Assembly (NCBI RefSeq): GCF_018977255.1
Contig: NW_024704743.1
Coordinates: forward strand, 63,552,001-63,616,000
DNA: 64,000 nt
DNA from: Callorhinchus milii
Taxonomy: Eukaryota
Direction of reading: 5' to 3'
A program made the translations under genes and the position numbers. Position 1 is the first letter of the stretch. Each line of letters starts with the position of its first letter. Shown piece by piece: positions 49,641 to 62,414 of the stretch. Below the pieces are notes generated by a model, which did not search any database, was not told where the DNA came from, and saw nothing but the letters and a program-made list of their open reading frames with translations.

Positions 49641-51744
49641 CTGTGTAAAAAAAAACAGAGCAAGTTATTATGTGCCACAGTTACTTTATTTTTGTAATGC
49701 TGAATCAAGGATTTTATTATAACATTTGCATTTTATTTCAGATAACCTCAGCAGTTTTTACACAATGAGGTTCTTTGAAGTACAGTAATCATTCATAGGT
49801 AGGCAAACATTAGGAGCTAATCTGCACTAGGCACATCCCATATACAGCAACAAGATGAATAGTCAAATAAACATTTATGGCAAGTTTGGACAATGGAGGA
49901 ATATTGGACCAGCACATTGGGAGGACTTCCTTTCTTTTTCCAAAGTAATGTTCTGAGTGTTTCAACCCCAGGTGGATAGGCAAAAAAGATTTAACATCTG
50001 ATACAAAAGATGGCACCTCCAGAGCTGCAATAATTCCTCACTGAGTACTGCAGGATCAACAGAGACATAGGATGAGGCTCGGACCCACAGAGGGGACTAC
50101 AGTATAACTGCAAAATAAATTCCAGAGGTTTGATATCACTTATTGCTGTGTAATCTAGGGAAGTATATCAATTATATTGATGGTAGTTGAAATCCAGTAC
50201 CCACAGAAACATCAGAGTAAAACCTTTAACCATACAGAATATTCAAGTTAATGGATCACCTAGTAATAAAAAAGCCTTTGAAACGTGGATTGAAATAATT
50301 CAGAATAACGTCCAGTGTTCACAATGATTTTCAGTTACTGTCCCTTTCATTTGCAACCTTGCTTTCTCTCACTGTGTTTGACTTTGAGATTTCCTTCCTG
50401 CATGACCATTGTTTTGATATAGTGATGTTGCATTTCGAAGAATAAAATAAATAAAATCAAATAAAAGGAGGATTTTTATTGAAGGTGGCTTATCCTAGCT
50501 AGATATCATCAACAGAAATAGAGTTCACTTCCACATGTAAGCAGATAACGACCAACTCTTATCTCTGCTCCTACCCTCGACCCCAGGACTACTGCTGCTC
50601 TGACAAATTACTTGTCAGATATCAAGAGCTGGATACGCATTTAATGTTCACTCTTAACTCTCTTCAGTTGAATGTCAACAATGCCATACCTTCCCTCCCC
50701 AAACTTGGGTTCCCAGTCAGCTATGAAAAATGCTTTGAGATTTCCTTCCTACATGACAGATTCTAAATGTAAGTTGTTGATGTTTGCCAGGCATCAGTTT
50801 TTAAATTCCCACCCCAGAGAGGTGGGTTTCATTCAAACCTTTTTGTAAAAAATTGTAATGCATATTGTAGAAAATAAGACTAAACCCCATGTTGATTCAG
50901 CTCTTGTTTACACCTAAACACAATGTGTTGGAGACATGCATCTCTCTTTGGTTTCACTAGATGAACATACTATGTTCAACCTATTATTAGATGAGATAAC
51001 AGCAATACCAAAAATGAACAGTCAGCTTTCAAATTAATATTTGTTTTCCTTACCCCCAAATTCTACACCATCTTAAATTTTAAGCCTACTAACCCTGTCA
51101 CGTGCAGATTAGTGAATTTATATTATACCACTATGGTGCAGTACCTTCTGAGCACCTGCTGTCTCTCCAGAGGTAACAACACTCAACCTTAGGAAAATTA
51201 CACAACTGTTTGAAAAGAAAAACCCAAACAACAAAATGGAGGACTTGTCTGGTGCTTGTTTCCTTGTTAAAATGAAAATGTATCCCTATTTTTAACTGTT
51301 AATATACTTTTAACCAGCAATGATTGCTGATAGCTTTGCTCATGCATTAATATTTCCATAGTTATGATAGATATTGAATTAGCCCATTGGATAGAGGTCA
51401 ACTGGGCTTGTTCCAAATCTCCACTGTGAAGGTGAATGAGAAATTTGAACCCCTTAATACAGGTAATGTCAGTTTTGTTTCAATTTAAGGCAAAGGTTGC
51501 AAAGCCAAAGTTAAATAGTTATACTGTAGTATAACGCTGGTAAAAGTAAAAAATAGACAAACTGATGATTCATTCAGCAGATAAATCTGAGCATTTTGCA
51601 TCAACAGAGTCCAGACTCCAGGGTAGGGTGTGTCACTAAAAACTGAACAGGGAAGAAAATGTCATCCAAGTAATTTCAAGTGAGACATTTTAGGATCTTG
51701 TGTAAACACACTATTGTACAAGAATTTAACTCTGTTAGATCCTT

Positions 51745-52030
51745 CAGATCAGATGTTAAATCAAGGTTATATCTGCCTGTTCAGATGGACGTTAAAGATC
51801 CCATGGTTTATTTGAACAGTGAATGGAGTTTCTCCTGGTGTCCTGCCCAACATTCCCCAGATAAAATTGATCATTCCGTTTATGACTGTTTGTGAGACAT
51901 TTCTGTGCACAAATTGGCTGCCAAATTCACATATAAAATATAAAATCATTACACTTTTCATCTTGTGAAGTGCTTTGAGATATGCTCCCAACACTACATC
52001 AAATCAAAGGATGATTATTAATATTATTGT
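51745..52030 (+). mobile_element. Old Deu-domain SINE fragment
   Basis: tgcctgttcagatggacgttaaagatcccatgg...tgtgcacaaattggctgcc. Confidence 0.65.
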
Positions 52031-52289
52031 CAAATCCTGTGCAACCAGTATCAGAGCAGTCGGTGAAGTAAAATGCCTGCCTATGGTCACTTCAGAACAC
52101 TTCAGGTTGAACATTTCAGAATTTCTCCCAACTGCTACACAATCTGTTATTACAACAGATCCAGCCACATATCCAACTGTCCAATAATCCTATTAAAAGA
52201 GCTAAGGCATTTACTATTACAACTCAACCACAAAATCCTCCATCTGGTTTAGCGTCTATCAGGAAAGATCACTGATCTGGAGAAAACCC

Positions 52290-52790
52290 TCTTCGATAAG
52301 AATCTGGGGCATTTATCAGATGTGCTTACAAAGGCAAACAGGATGCTGGGCTATATAGTGAAATCAGTTGAATTACGATCCCCAGACATCACATTCAAGC
52401 TATACATTGCTCTGGGCAGGCTATACCTAGATATTGCATATATTTCTGGTCACCGCAACATATTGGGGCTGCTAAGATCCTAGAGGCATCTCAGAGGAGA
52501 GCAATGAGGAAGATTCCCAGTGTTAGAGAAATGACCTATGAGCAACGATTAGACAAGATTCTTTTGAGTTGAGAAAACGCTTTGATTGAAAAAGTAAACT
52601 GAGGACAATTAATAAGGATGCATCAAGGCAGTAGAACAAGAGGATATGGGTTCAGAGTTGCAAAAGGCAATTTATTTTAAAAAGAAACAGTTTGATATTG
52701 CGATGGGAAAACGATAGGGTGGATATTTTGGACAGATGAGATTGGATGAGCTAAAGGGACTTCTTCATCTGAACCAATCTAGTAATCTGG
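52290..52790 (+). mobile_element. Old CR1 fragment
   Basis: ANRMLGYI, KLYIALGR, QRRAMRKIP remnants. Confidence 0.6.
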
Positions 52791-53289
52791 TGACCAAGTT
52801 GCTCAATTCCATCCTCACCCTCCTGAGCTTCTGCTACTCTATCCATGCTCCCCCTTAGCTAATTTAAATATGATCACTATACATTACAGAATCATAGAAT
52901 TATACAGCACAGAAGGAGGCCATTCAGCCCATTGTGTCTGTGTCGGCTCTTTGAAAAGAGTTATCCAAATCAGTCCCATTCACCCGCGCTCTCTCCATAG
53001 TGCAAAAGTGCCTTGCAAAAGTGTCCTCCTCAAATAATTATCTACTTCTCTCTTAAAAGTTGTTATCGAATCAGCTTCCGCCACCCTTTGCATTCCAGAT
53101 CCGAACAACTCACTGTGTGAAAACATTTCTCCTCACCTCCCTTCTGTTTCTTTTAACAACTATTTTAAATCGATCCCCTCAGGTTACCACCCACCCGCCA
53201 GTGGAAATAGTTTCTCCTTGTTCACCCTATCGAATCCACTCATAATTTTGAAAACTTCTATTAAGTCTCCTCTTAACTTGTCTGCTCCA

Positions 53290-53618
53290 TGGAGTCCTGT
53301 GGCTCAGTGGTTAGAGCACTCGCTTTGCAAGTGAGAGACCTGAGTTCAATTCCAGGCAGAGGGCGAAACCTTGGGCAAGTTTCCTTACTCCACACAGAGC
53401 CTAATAATAATCCCTCCAAAAACCAAAAACAATAATAAATTGGTCATTTTCAATCTACGACTGTTTGTGGGACATTGCTGTGCGCAATTGGCTGCCGCGT
53501 TTGCCCACAAATATACAGTCAATTCACTTTACAGTGTGTTCTGTAAAGCGCTTTGGGACGTCCTCCTGACGTGAAAAGCGCTATATCAAATGCAAGGATT
53601 ATTATTATTATTATTATT
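53290..53618 (+). mobile_element. Young tRNA-derived SINE nested in CR1
   Basis: Near-identical to 37063 copy. Confidence 0.95.
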
Positions 53619-54810
53619 AATAATCCTTGCTTCTCTAGTCTCTCCTCATAACTGAAGTCCCTAATTCCTGGTACCATCCTGGTAAATCTCCTTTGCACCG
53701 TCTCCAATGCCTTGACATCATTCCTAAAGTGCGGTGCCCAGAACTGAACACAGACTCTCGCTGAGGCCTAACCAGTGTTTTAAAGGTTCATCATAACTTC
53801 CTGATTTTTGTATTCTATGCCATTATTTATAAAGTTAGTATACCGTATGTTATTTTTTAACAGCTTTATCTACCTGTCCTGCCACCTTCAAAGATTTACT
53901 TATATGAACCCCCAGATTGTACCATCAGATTATATTGCCTCTCCTCATTCTTCCTCCCAAAATGCATCACTTGGCACTTCTCATCTATCACTTGTCCGCC
54001 CACTTTACCAGTCTGTCTATGTCCATTTGCAGTCTGCTACTATCCTCTTCACTGTTTACTATTTTCCCAGCTTAGCATCATCTGCAAACTTGGAAATTGT
54101 ACTCCCTGTACCTAAGTCCAGGTCATTTATATAGATCAAAACAGCAGTGGTCCCAATACTGACCCCTGGGGGACACCACTGCACACTTCCCTCCAGTCAG
54201 AAAAACAACTGTTCACCACCACTCTCTGTTTTCTGTCTCCCAGCCAGTTCTGTATCAATGTTACCACTGCCTTTAATACCCTGGGCTTCTACTTTGCTTA
54301 CAAGTCTCTTATGTGGCACTTTATCAAACGCCTTTTGAAAGTCCATATAAACTACATCAACTGCACCAACTTCATCCACCCTCTCTGATACTTCCTCAAA
54401 AAACTCTATCAGACTTGTTAGACATGATTTGCCTTTAACAAACCCATGTTGGCTGCCCTTTATTAACCCATATTTTTCCAGGCGAAAATTTATTTTGTCC
54501 TGGATTATAGTCTCTAGAAGTTTTCCCACTACTGATTTTAGGCTGACTGGCCTGTAGTTTCCGGGTTTATCCTTCTGCCCTTTTTTCTACAGGGGAAACT
54601 AACATTTGCAACCCTCCAGTCCTCTGGCACCACCCAGGAGGTCCAAGGAGGAATGAACGATTGTGGCCAGAGCCCCTATCATTTCCACCCTTATTTCCCT
54701 CAGTAACCTAGGATGGATCCTGTCCGGACGGGGTGACTTATCTACCTTGAGCATCGACAAACTTTTTAGTACCTCCTCTCAGTTTATTCTTATCTTATCC
54801 AATTTTATAA

Positions 54811-54931
54811 GCCCACGTTTCGACCAAAAATATACAGTCAATTCACTTTAGAGTCTATTCTGTAAAGCGCTTTGAGATGTCGAGAAGTCGTGAAAAGCAC
54901 TATATCAAATGCAAGGATTATTATTATTATT
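54811..54931 (+). mobile_element. 5'-truncated SINE nested in CR1
   Basis: atatacagtcaattcacttta...gcaaggattattatt tail. Confidence 0.85.
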
Positions 54932-56184
54932 TCTCTATCCTCTCCTCCGATACTGTGGCACTGGCTGCATCCTCCTCTTTTGTGAAGACAGATGCAAAGA
55001 CCTCATTCAGTACGTCAGCCACGCCCTCTACCTCCACAAGAAGATTTCCTCTTTGGACCCATCCTACCTTTGACTTACCTTTTATTCTTTATATGCTTAT
55101 AAAATATCTTAGTGTTCTATTTTATGATACCCGTTAATCTTTTCTCACCCAATCTCTTTGCCCCTCTTATTTCCTTTTTCAGTTCTCCTCTGTTCTTTCT
55201 ATATTCTATTTGATTACCTTCTGTATTTTGGACCTGGCATTTGTCATAAGCCTCCTTTTTCTGTTTTATCTTAATCCCAATTTCCTTACCCATCCAAGGA
55301 GGTTTGGATGCCCTACCTTGCCCCTTTGTGGGAATGCATCTGTTCTGTCCCCAAACTATCTTCTCCTTGAAGGCTCATTAGTCAATCTTTCTTTCCAATC
55401 CACCTTGGCTAAGTCCCTTTTTAACTCACTGAAATCAGTCCTCTTCCAGTTGGGTATCTTCACCTTTGATTGCTCTTTGTCCCTTTCCATAAGTATTCTA
55501 AACCTAATGATGTTGTGATCACTGTTGTCCAGGTGCTCTCCTACTGAAACCTGCTCCACTTGCCCCACTTCATTCCTCAGAACTAGATCCAGCACTCGTT
55601 GGGCTGGAAAAATACTGATCCAGAAAGTTATCCTGCGCACATTTCAGGAATCCTTCCCCCTCTTTGCCCTTTACACTGTTATTTTGCCAGACTAGGTTAG
55701 GATAATTGAAGTCCCCCATTATCACTACTCTATAGGTTATGCATATTTCTGAAATCTGCTTGCAGATTTGCACGTCTATCTCCTTCCCACTATTTGGTGG
55801 TCTATAGTATACACCTAACAGTAACAGCTGCTTTTCTGCTCCTTAACTCAAACCAAATAGATGCTGTTCTTGGACCCTCTAGCCCATCATCCCTTTCCAG
55901 TACCGTAATCGTGTCTTTGATCAATATTGCCAGCCACTCTTTTTTTTCCTTCCCTATCCCTCCTCTGTTTGATCCTGCTGTTTTGATACTCACTTGCACG
56001 AGGCACTGGGAGTAATCCAGAGATCACCACCTTTGAGGTCCTACTCTTTTGCTTTTTCCCTAGCTTCTGATACTCTTCCTGTAGGATCTCAGCCCTTTTT
56101 TTCTCTACGTCATGGATCCCAACATGGACCACGACTTTTGGATGTTCCCCTTCCGCCTGTAGAACGTTTTGCACCTATTCCGTG

Positions 56185-56506
56185 ATAAAATAATAATAAT
56201 AATCCTTGCATTTGATATAGCGCTTTTCACGTCGGGAGGACGTCCCAAAGCGCTTCACAGAATAGACTGTAAAGTGAATTGACTGTATATTTGTGGGCGA
56301 ACGCGGCAGCCAATTGCGCACAGCAATGTCCCACAAACAGTCGTAGATTGAAAATGACCAATTTATTATTGTTTTTTGTTTTTGGAGGGATTATTATTAG
56401 GCGTGTGGAGTAAGGAAACTTGCCCAAGGTTTCGCCCTGCCTGGAACTGAACTCAGGTCTCTCACTTGCAAAGCGAGTGCTCTAACCACAAGCTACAGGA
56501 CTCCAC
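56185..56506 (-). mobile_element. Young tRNA-derived SINE nested in CR1 ORF1
   Basis: Reverse complement of 15288 copy. Confidence 0.95.
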
Positions 56507-56690
56507 GATCTTCAACCCTGGCACCAGGAGGCAACATACCATGCAAGAGTCATGTCTTTGGTGCTGAAATGCCTGTCTACACCTTTCACCATTGTGTCCC
56601 CAATGACAATTGCATTGACAATCTTCCCTGTTATTATTATTATGAAAAGTGGTACACCAAATGTAAGGATTATCATCAACTGGAAGGAAG

Positions 56691-57013
56691 ATAATAATAA
56701 TAATAATAATCCTTGCATTTGATATAGCGCTTTTCACGTCAGGAGGACGTCCCAAAGCGCTTCACAGAACACACTGTAAAGTGAATTGACTGTATATTTG
56801 TGGGCGAACGCGGCAGCCAATTGCGCACAGCAATGTCCCACAAACAGTCGTAGATTGAAAATGACCAATTTATTATTGTTTTTGGTTTTGGAGGGATTAT
56901 TATTAGGTGTGTGGAGTAAGGAAACTTGCCCAAGGTTTCACCCTGCCTGGAATTGAACTCAGGTCTCTCACTTGCAAAGTGGGTGCTCGAACCACTGAGC
57001 TACAGGACTCCAC
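56691..57013 (-). mobile_element. Young tRNA-derived SINE
   Basis: Reverse complement of 15288 copy. Confidence 0.95.
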
Positions 57014-59197
57014 CCTTGAGGATAGATAGAGGGAGCTGGAAGGGGTGCACGGAAGAGTGATGGACGGTGGAAAACAGTGTCTTTGGGTTATTTAAATAAT
57101 AGCTTAGTGAAGTAGGACACTTGAACATGTTTAAAAATATTTAATTTGCTAAAATGTGTTACAAAATTATCCACATTCTTTAAAAAAAGGTCTTTGAATG
57201 GGTGGGGTTTGAAAATAATGGTAGCCTGAAAGTCCACCTTGTATTTGTCTGAAAGATCATTTTGTTTTAAAATTTAAGATTGAATTTAAGATTGTGGATA
57301 ATTCTTCTTGTCAATCTTTATTCAGAACCCATTTTTTTAAGAACTGTGGAAAACAAACATCTGAATTAAAAACACATTTATGAAATTAACATAAATTTAA
57401 ATTTCAAAACAAAATAGCCTACATTTACAAGCTAAGGTTAAGCGGATTTTGGGGGCCTCACATTTGTTGACTAGAAATGTAAATAATGAGATAACTAAAA
57501 TATATTGGCCTATTTAAAACTTTAAATCAAATGACAGAAGTTCTACTAAGTTAAGCTTTAGCAATTGCTTGTTTAGAATTCACAGTGTAGTTACCATTGA
57601 ATATTTTAATATATTACTGTAGTTACAATATCATAAAATAATGTGATCCTTACATTTGATATAGAGCTTTTCACACTGGGTGGATATCCCAAAGCAGCCA
57701 ATTTGTGCACAGCAATGTCCCAAAAACAGCCATGAAGCAAAGGTCCAATCTTATTTGGTCAATTGTTGTCAAGAACACTGGAACTCAAATAGTGTCAAGA
57801 ACTCAAACAGTGCCATTGGATATTTAATGTGTGATCTCGACTGTGTAGGTGCCGCACGTGGGGTAATCAGTGTTCACCTTGTGCTGACAGGTGTACATGC
57901 CAGAATGGTGCTGAGCCACTTATGCATTTGCTTCTGAATTCCCAATTGCATGTTAGCTGTTGTAATGATTAACAAAGGCCATTATTGAAATAAAGATAAT
58001 CAGAGAAAGAAAGCCTGGAGCAAGAACATTGCGTTAAAAAGAGTGCTGAAAATAGATGGAAACAAAAAGGCAGGGAACAAATGCCAAAAAGAGAATAGTT
58101 GAAGGTACACTGTATTTGCATGTAACTGTATTAAAAAGAAGGTTCTAGGAATAGTTAACATTGGGTTCATAAGAAACAATTGTCTTTGTGACATACATTT
58201 GTCATTCGACTTGGGAAAACTAACCAAATGGTCTTCTTGTATAAATTAAATCTATTAATTTACTATTTAAGAGTAGTATTCCTTTTGATACTCTTGAATA
58301 AATTCAAGAGTGAAGGCAATAATAACAAACCAAACTGGAGTGTTCTTCACGCGTAGCACTGTTCCTCAATAAAGATAAACTGGTGAATGATATATATATA
58401 TTATATATATCTCCCATGCCCCTTACAACTGTGACAAATTCCATATTATATATAATATTGTTACAAAATTAAAATATATATATATAAATATATATAATAT
58501 GAGAGAGACTTTCAAAAAGCATTTGATTCAGACTTGCTCAGGAGACTTGCATCTGAAATAGAAGCCCATGGGTTCCAAGATGAAGTTGTAAATTGGATTA
58601 TTAATTGACAAGATAATAGAGGTCAGACTGCTGGAGTCCCCTAAGCAACAGGTCCCTTGGCTCCTTTTGTTCAAACAGCAAAGCATTAAATATTGAATTT
58701 GTCACATTTGCAAGGGGCACGGGAGATGGTTCATAAACACCACAGGCACAAGGGAATGGTGCAGATTCCTCTCACAAATGTTGCAAATTCCACATTCAGA
58801 ACTGTTCTGTACTTCTTTATTCCACAAACCAATTATAAAATATCATTAGAAGTATTTATTGCTTCAATTTTATTCTAGCCTGAGCTGTTGTAAACAGAGA
58901 GAGCGCTTTAATACCTTCCATGCTTTTACCTCCCTCAATTTTTATTTGCCAACTTCAAAAATTCTGTTAGTGAGATTAAAATTGTAAATTATGAGTAGGT
59001 ACTGCCCCAAATGTCAACATTTCAATAACTTCAGCTAGCTTCATTTTTAAAGTCATGACCTGGGCCAATAGAAACGTGCGGCAACACCTTTTCGGCGACA
59101 ACAGCAGAGGTCCACTACAAACCCCATAAGTGGCTTACAACAACAACAAGATTACATTTGTATTGCGCCTTTCATGTTGGGAGGACATCCCAAGGCG

Positions 59198-59562
59198 TTG
59201 GCTTAGAGTGGTTAGAGCACTCGCCTCGCAAACAAGAGACCTGGGGCCGATACCCAGCAGGGCGAAATGCTGGGCAAGTTTCCTTACTCCACATGCCTCT
59301 GTTCACCTAGCAGTAAGTAGAAACCTGATTGTTAGTTGATTGGCCGATTGCTTTTCCGGCGTAATAATTCCTTAAAAAAAAGTAATAAATTGGTCACTTC
59401 AATCCACGACTGTTTGTGGGACATTGCTGTGTGCAACTGGCTGCTGCGTTTCACCCACAAAAAATATACAGTGAATTCACTTTACAGTATATTTTATGAA
59501 GCGCTTTGAGACGTCTCGAAGATGTGATAAGGGGCTACATCAAATGCAAGGATTATTATTAT
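59198..59562 (+). mobile_element. Older, longer variant of the tRNA-derived SINE
   Basis: Same head and tail with ~60 extra central bases (59294-59361); abuts a minus-strand L2 tail (59137-59197). Confidence 0.88.
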
Positions 59563-59705
59563 AAATGTAGTTTCTGGCTCGTGAGCCGCTCGCGTTATTT
59601 ACTTGACATCACTGTGGGCAGAGCTGTTCCGGATGCGCATGCGCAGTGCAGCACAAGCGGCAAATAATAATAATAATAAATGGGTTATACTCGGAGGCCC
59701 CGCTA

Positions 59706-60025
59706 TTGTGATTGTGTGTCTCTATGCGAGTGTATCAATGTCTCTCCTATATGTGAGTGTGTCTATGCGGGTCTCTGTGTGAATGTGCGTCTCTCTGTCA
59801 GTGTGTGTCTCTTTGTGCCTATGAGTGTGTGTGTCTTTCTCTTGAGAATGTGTCTCTCTGTGTTTGTGTGTCTCTCTCTGTGTGCCTGAGTGTGTGTGTT
59901 TCTCTCTGTCTGTGAGTGTATGTGTCTCTTTCTGTATCTCTGAGTGTGTGTGTCCCTAAGTGTGTGTGTCTCTCTCTGTGTCTCTGAATGTGCGTGTCTT
60001 TCTCTGGGTCTCTGTGTCTGTGTGA
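59706..60025. repeat. Degenerate (TG)/(TC) low-complexity tract
   Basis: Directly visible. Confidence 0.9.
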
Positions 60026-61434
60026 GGTTCCGGCCTGAGAGGCAGGAGTGGTGAGCTCTTGTAGCCTCACTGGTCCACCCCTTCCAAAAAATGGCCACTC
60101 AATTTTTGTTAAAGAAGCGATTAATTTTTTTTGCAACAATCTAATATGTGTTATTTCCTTATGTTTAGTTTTTATCAATAAAGTGAAAAAATGTAGCAGT
60201 AACAGCACCAATCAACCCCCGCAATTGTCCCCCAAATGATAGCAAGCGAGCAGCAATTTCCCGGGATTTGTAAAGCACTCCGCAATTTTTTGTAAATATG
60301 TTTGCACTTTTCTATTGGCCCAGCTCATGACTCATCAGCATGCTAATCACTGCAAAAACAGCAATACATCTTATTAAACCCCAGCCTGGCAGCTCCGGAA
60401 ACAGGACTCGCTCCTCACTTCAGATGCTTTCCTAAGTCCGTCACTTTGCACTCTCCCCCCACCATTTTACAACAAATGATAGGCTGTGGATAATATAAAG
60501 GAATTCAATGGTGCTAGTGATATAAATTAAACCAGTTTCACTAAACGTGCAGACTTTAAGGAAAGGACATCATTCAGCTATCTACATAAATACAAAAGAT
60601 AAATCAATAAAGTGAAAAAATGTAGCAGTAACAGCACCAATCAAACCCTGCAACTTTCCCGCAAATGATAGCAAGCGAGCCGCAAATTATCCTTGTCTAC
60701 AAAAATTCAAAAAATAGAAATAAGAATAAGACAGATTTAACTGAAAATACTGTACATTGGTGTTAAAAATAGCAATATAGGAATAGAATATCGAAAATTA
60801 AATGGTAATTGCGAAAAAAATTCCTTCATCCTACAAAGAAGCATCTTCCAAGGGAAATTGTTGAAAATTATTGAGCAGATTCTGTACATATAACTAAAAC
60901 ACATGAGTTTTAATACACAAAAGTCATCGGTTCTCCAGCTATTTATATGCATCAAGGTTCAGAAAGACATGAGTTTGGAGTTATGAATGCAAAGTTTATT
61001 ATGTGGACCAACACACAGGTAACACCTTTTTCCACAGGCATCTAGGTAAGTATCTAGTTAGGCTGATAATTGGGTCTGCTTCCATTGAAGAGACGGTTAA
61101 GAGGGAATTGAATGCAGCTCTTAAAAATCTGGAAGATTATGAGAATAGATAATGAAAGATTATTCCAACTGCTAGGAAAATCGCGTACAAAATAAATTTA
61201 GAGTAAATCCTATGAGGCAGTTCGAGATGACCCCCCGACCTGCCAGACGCTATATCAAATACAAAGATTATTATTTAGGATTATTAAAATCAGTAACCAA
61301 TGTGAGCAAACAGCAAACTGCTGGTTTAGCTAGCCCTTTTCGTGCTTCTCCTTTCCAGAATTGTCGTGAGAAGAGTTAAGTGGAGGTTAGAAGAAACTTT
61401 TCATACTGAACCTCATAAGCCTGTGGCACATGAC

Positions 61435-61760
61435 AACCTGGCACAGCTGGTAGCGTTCTTTCCTCTGAGTCAGAAGGTCCATGTCAGGACGGAATCCATA
61501 TAGTTTAAGCTGACACTCCATTGCAGTCTGGGGGTGTGCTGCTTCGTCGGAGGTGCTGTCCCTTGGATGACAAGTTAAACCAAAGCCTTGTCTGCCTGTT
61601 CAGGTGAACGGTAAGAGGAGAGGTTTTTCTTCCCCGGTGTCCTGGCCAACAACCCTCTAAAAATGATTATTTGGTCACATACTTCATGGCTGTTTGTGGG
61701 TAACAGTCACACACTTTACAATATATCCTGTGAAGTGGTTTGGGATGTCCTCCAAATTTT
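61435..61760 (+). mobile_element. Old Deu-domain SINE
   Basis: tRNA-like head, gtcggaggtgctgtcccttggatga...tgcctgttcaggtg...ccggtgtcctggccaac core, L2-type tail. Confidence 0.7.
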
Positions 61761-62107
61761 TAAAAATCTTATCCTCGGATATAAACTTGTGTACAGAGCA
61801 AATCCTTTCAGAACCTTTCAATAAAAGATTGCGGCTGAGCCAGTCTCCCATCTCTGCTGTTGAGTCGTTAGTTGATACAATTGCTAAAGTAACCACTCAG
61901 GTACTGATGGTCAGCTATCCCAAATTGGTGATAACATCATTCCTACACACTTCATTCAGAAATATCAGTCCATCACTCGTCCCAACTTTACAAAAAAAAT
62001 TAAAAATTCAGCCTGTTCATTTCCACCTTATTCCCTTATCTGCGTAAAACAGGTGAAATTAAATCTAATATTTTACCAATAGTAAAAATATATTAATAGT
62101 CACTTAC

Positions 62108-62212
62108 TGAAACTTGTAAGGCATCCATGAACTGCAAGCTAAAATATTCCACCTCTACAAGGTCCAAATGGTAAACAATCTGATCAAAGAGATCTTGACC
62201 CTTGGCGTTTTT
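62108..62212 (-). CDS. EPB41L4B: EPB41L4B coding exon (~exon 2, 105 bp, FERM N lobe): [35 protein letters not shown]
   Basis: ttttgcag acceptor, gtaagt donor, phase 0/0, band 4.1 FERM sequence. Confidence 0.96.
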
Positions 62213-62414
62213 CTGCAAAACAAAAAAGAGAATGTTGATTTGAACTCAGTTATTTCAATAACATCACAAGACAATTTAAGAAAAATGGTGCTTTATGTTA
62301 CTTGAAGTCACAAAAGATGTCCATGAACATCAATCTACATATATCCAATCCTTGCATTTAGTATCCATTTGCTGCAAAGTTCTGATTAAAACTTCTAACC
62401 CCAATTGTGCCTTT

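Larger units (their letters stand above)
52888..56625 (-). mobile_element. CR1 LINE with ORF1 (SGNH esterase-like) and ORF2 remnants, three SINE insertions
   Basis: ORF1: VIGDTMVKGVDR, VVVHVGIHD, KVVISGLLPVPRA; ORF2: IMGDFNYP, SDHNII, YMDFQKAFDKVPHKRL; CR1 3' UTR at left end. Confidence 0.93.
3090..62212 (-). other. EPB41L4B: EPB41L4B gene, portion visible in window (FERM, FERM-adjacent, short-isoform terminal exon and one long-isoform exon); extends beyond both window ends
   Basis: Manually spliced exons give a continuous reading frame [18 protein letters not shown]...YSSEPNNLREEFTRYLFVLQL...[10 protein letters not shown]...[14 protein letters not shown]...; C-terminal DKLMTAL* and IEENGGTPF segments match EPB41L4B rather than its paralog EPB41L5 (from recalled protein sequences). 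Confidence 0.95.

Noticed and set aside
59680..60211. ORFs rich in V/C/S or T/H/R/E
   Set aside because: Translations of the TG/TC low-complexity tract
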